This document shows, one piece after another, positions 63,468 through 64,000 of a DNA stretch of 64,000 nucleotides; the first letter of the stretch is position 1; each line of letters opens with the position of its first letter. Source of the stretch: Euglena gracilis (taxonomy: Eukaryota); assembly GCA_039621445.1 (NCBI GenBank), contig CP154954.1, positions 10,435,521 through 10,499,520 of the forward strand, in the 5' to 3' direction. The notes beneath the pieces were generated by a model. The model worked only from the letters and a program-made list of their open reading frames with translations, was not told the origin of the DNA and searched no databases. The translations under genes were made by a program, and so were the position numbers.

Positions 63468-64000
63468 GCACAGAAGCGCGTGCTGAGTAACCATACTGAT
63501 AATGTGTATCCGTGGGTGTGCACAAAGCAAAGAGAAGCACACAAAGGAACAAACAAAGTCAATGTAGGGCTAGATGGTTTTTATTGGTGACCACATGAAT
63601 AATAAACCCCAAATCCCAAATTGGTTTGCCTGCTGTGCCAAAATTTTGCCTGAGATGCCAAAGTTTGAAGAATTTGCCCCTTTTCAAATTTCTGACCAAG
63701 TTGTCAAAAAATTCTTGCCCCCTGTCGGCAAATTTTACCCTGGTTAAATGAAATTCAGGCAACAACATGTTTCGACCCTTGAACTTCGCACTGCAAAAAA
63801 AAAATTCAGAGTGGCATGAGATCAAACAATGGGAAATGAACAAAAGGACAGACAGAAGAAAAGTGTCTCGGAAGAGTGACAAGAGATGTGCGCTAATATG
63901 GTGCCTTGTGGTGTCATAATCAAAGAGGATTCTTGCCAGACATGCGGTGTGGCTTGGCAGACATTCCTTTTCGAAAAAAGATTGGGAATGGAAACTTTGA

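Overview
Intron-rich eukaryotic genomic DNA, almost certainly from a euglenid (Euglena-like). Short GC-rich exons are separated by a mix of ordinary GT-AG introns and 'nonconventional' non-GT-AG introns whose ends base-pair (N3-CAG...CTG-N5). The window holds three genes: the 3' part of Ku80/XRCC5 (+, 18 exons, stop at 14865), a complete 13-exon erlin/SPFH gene (+, 15230-27277), and a long unidentified multi-exon gene on the minus strand (~27749-62985; possibly two genes). An intron of the minus-strand gene carries a decayed chromodomain Ty3/Gypsy integrase. Introns are packed with microsatellites and several MITE families. Main observation: several nonconventional introns are entire copies of dispersed CA(G)...(C)TG-ended MITEs with 8-bp target-site duplications (hAT-like). 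The intron's 3 + 5 terminal nucleotides equal one 8-bp TSD, so splicing restores the pre-insertion mRNA exactly. This looks like an intron-generating transposon system. All gene models were spliced by hand from homology and frame logic, with no transcript data.
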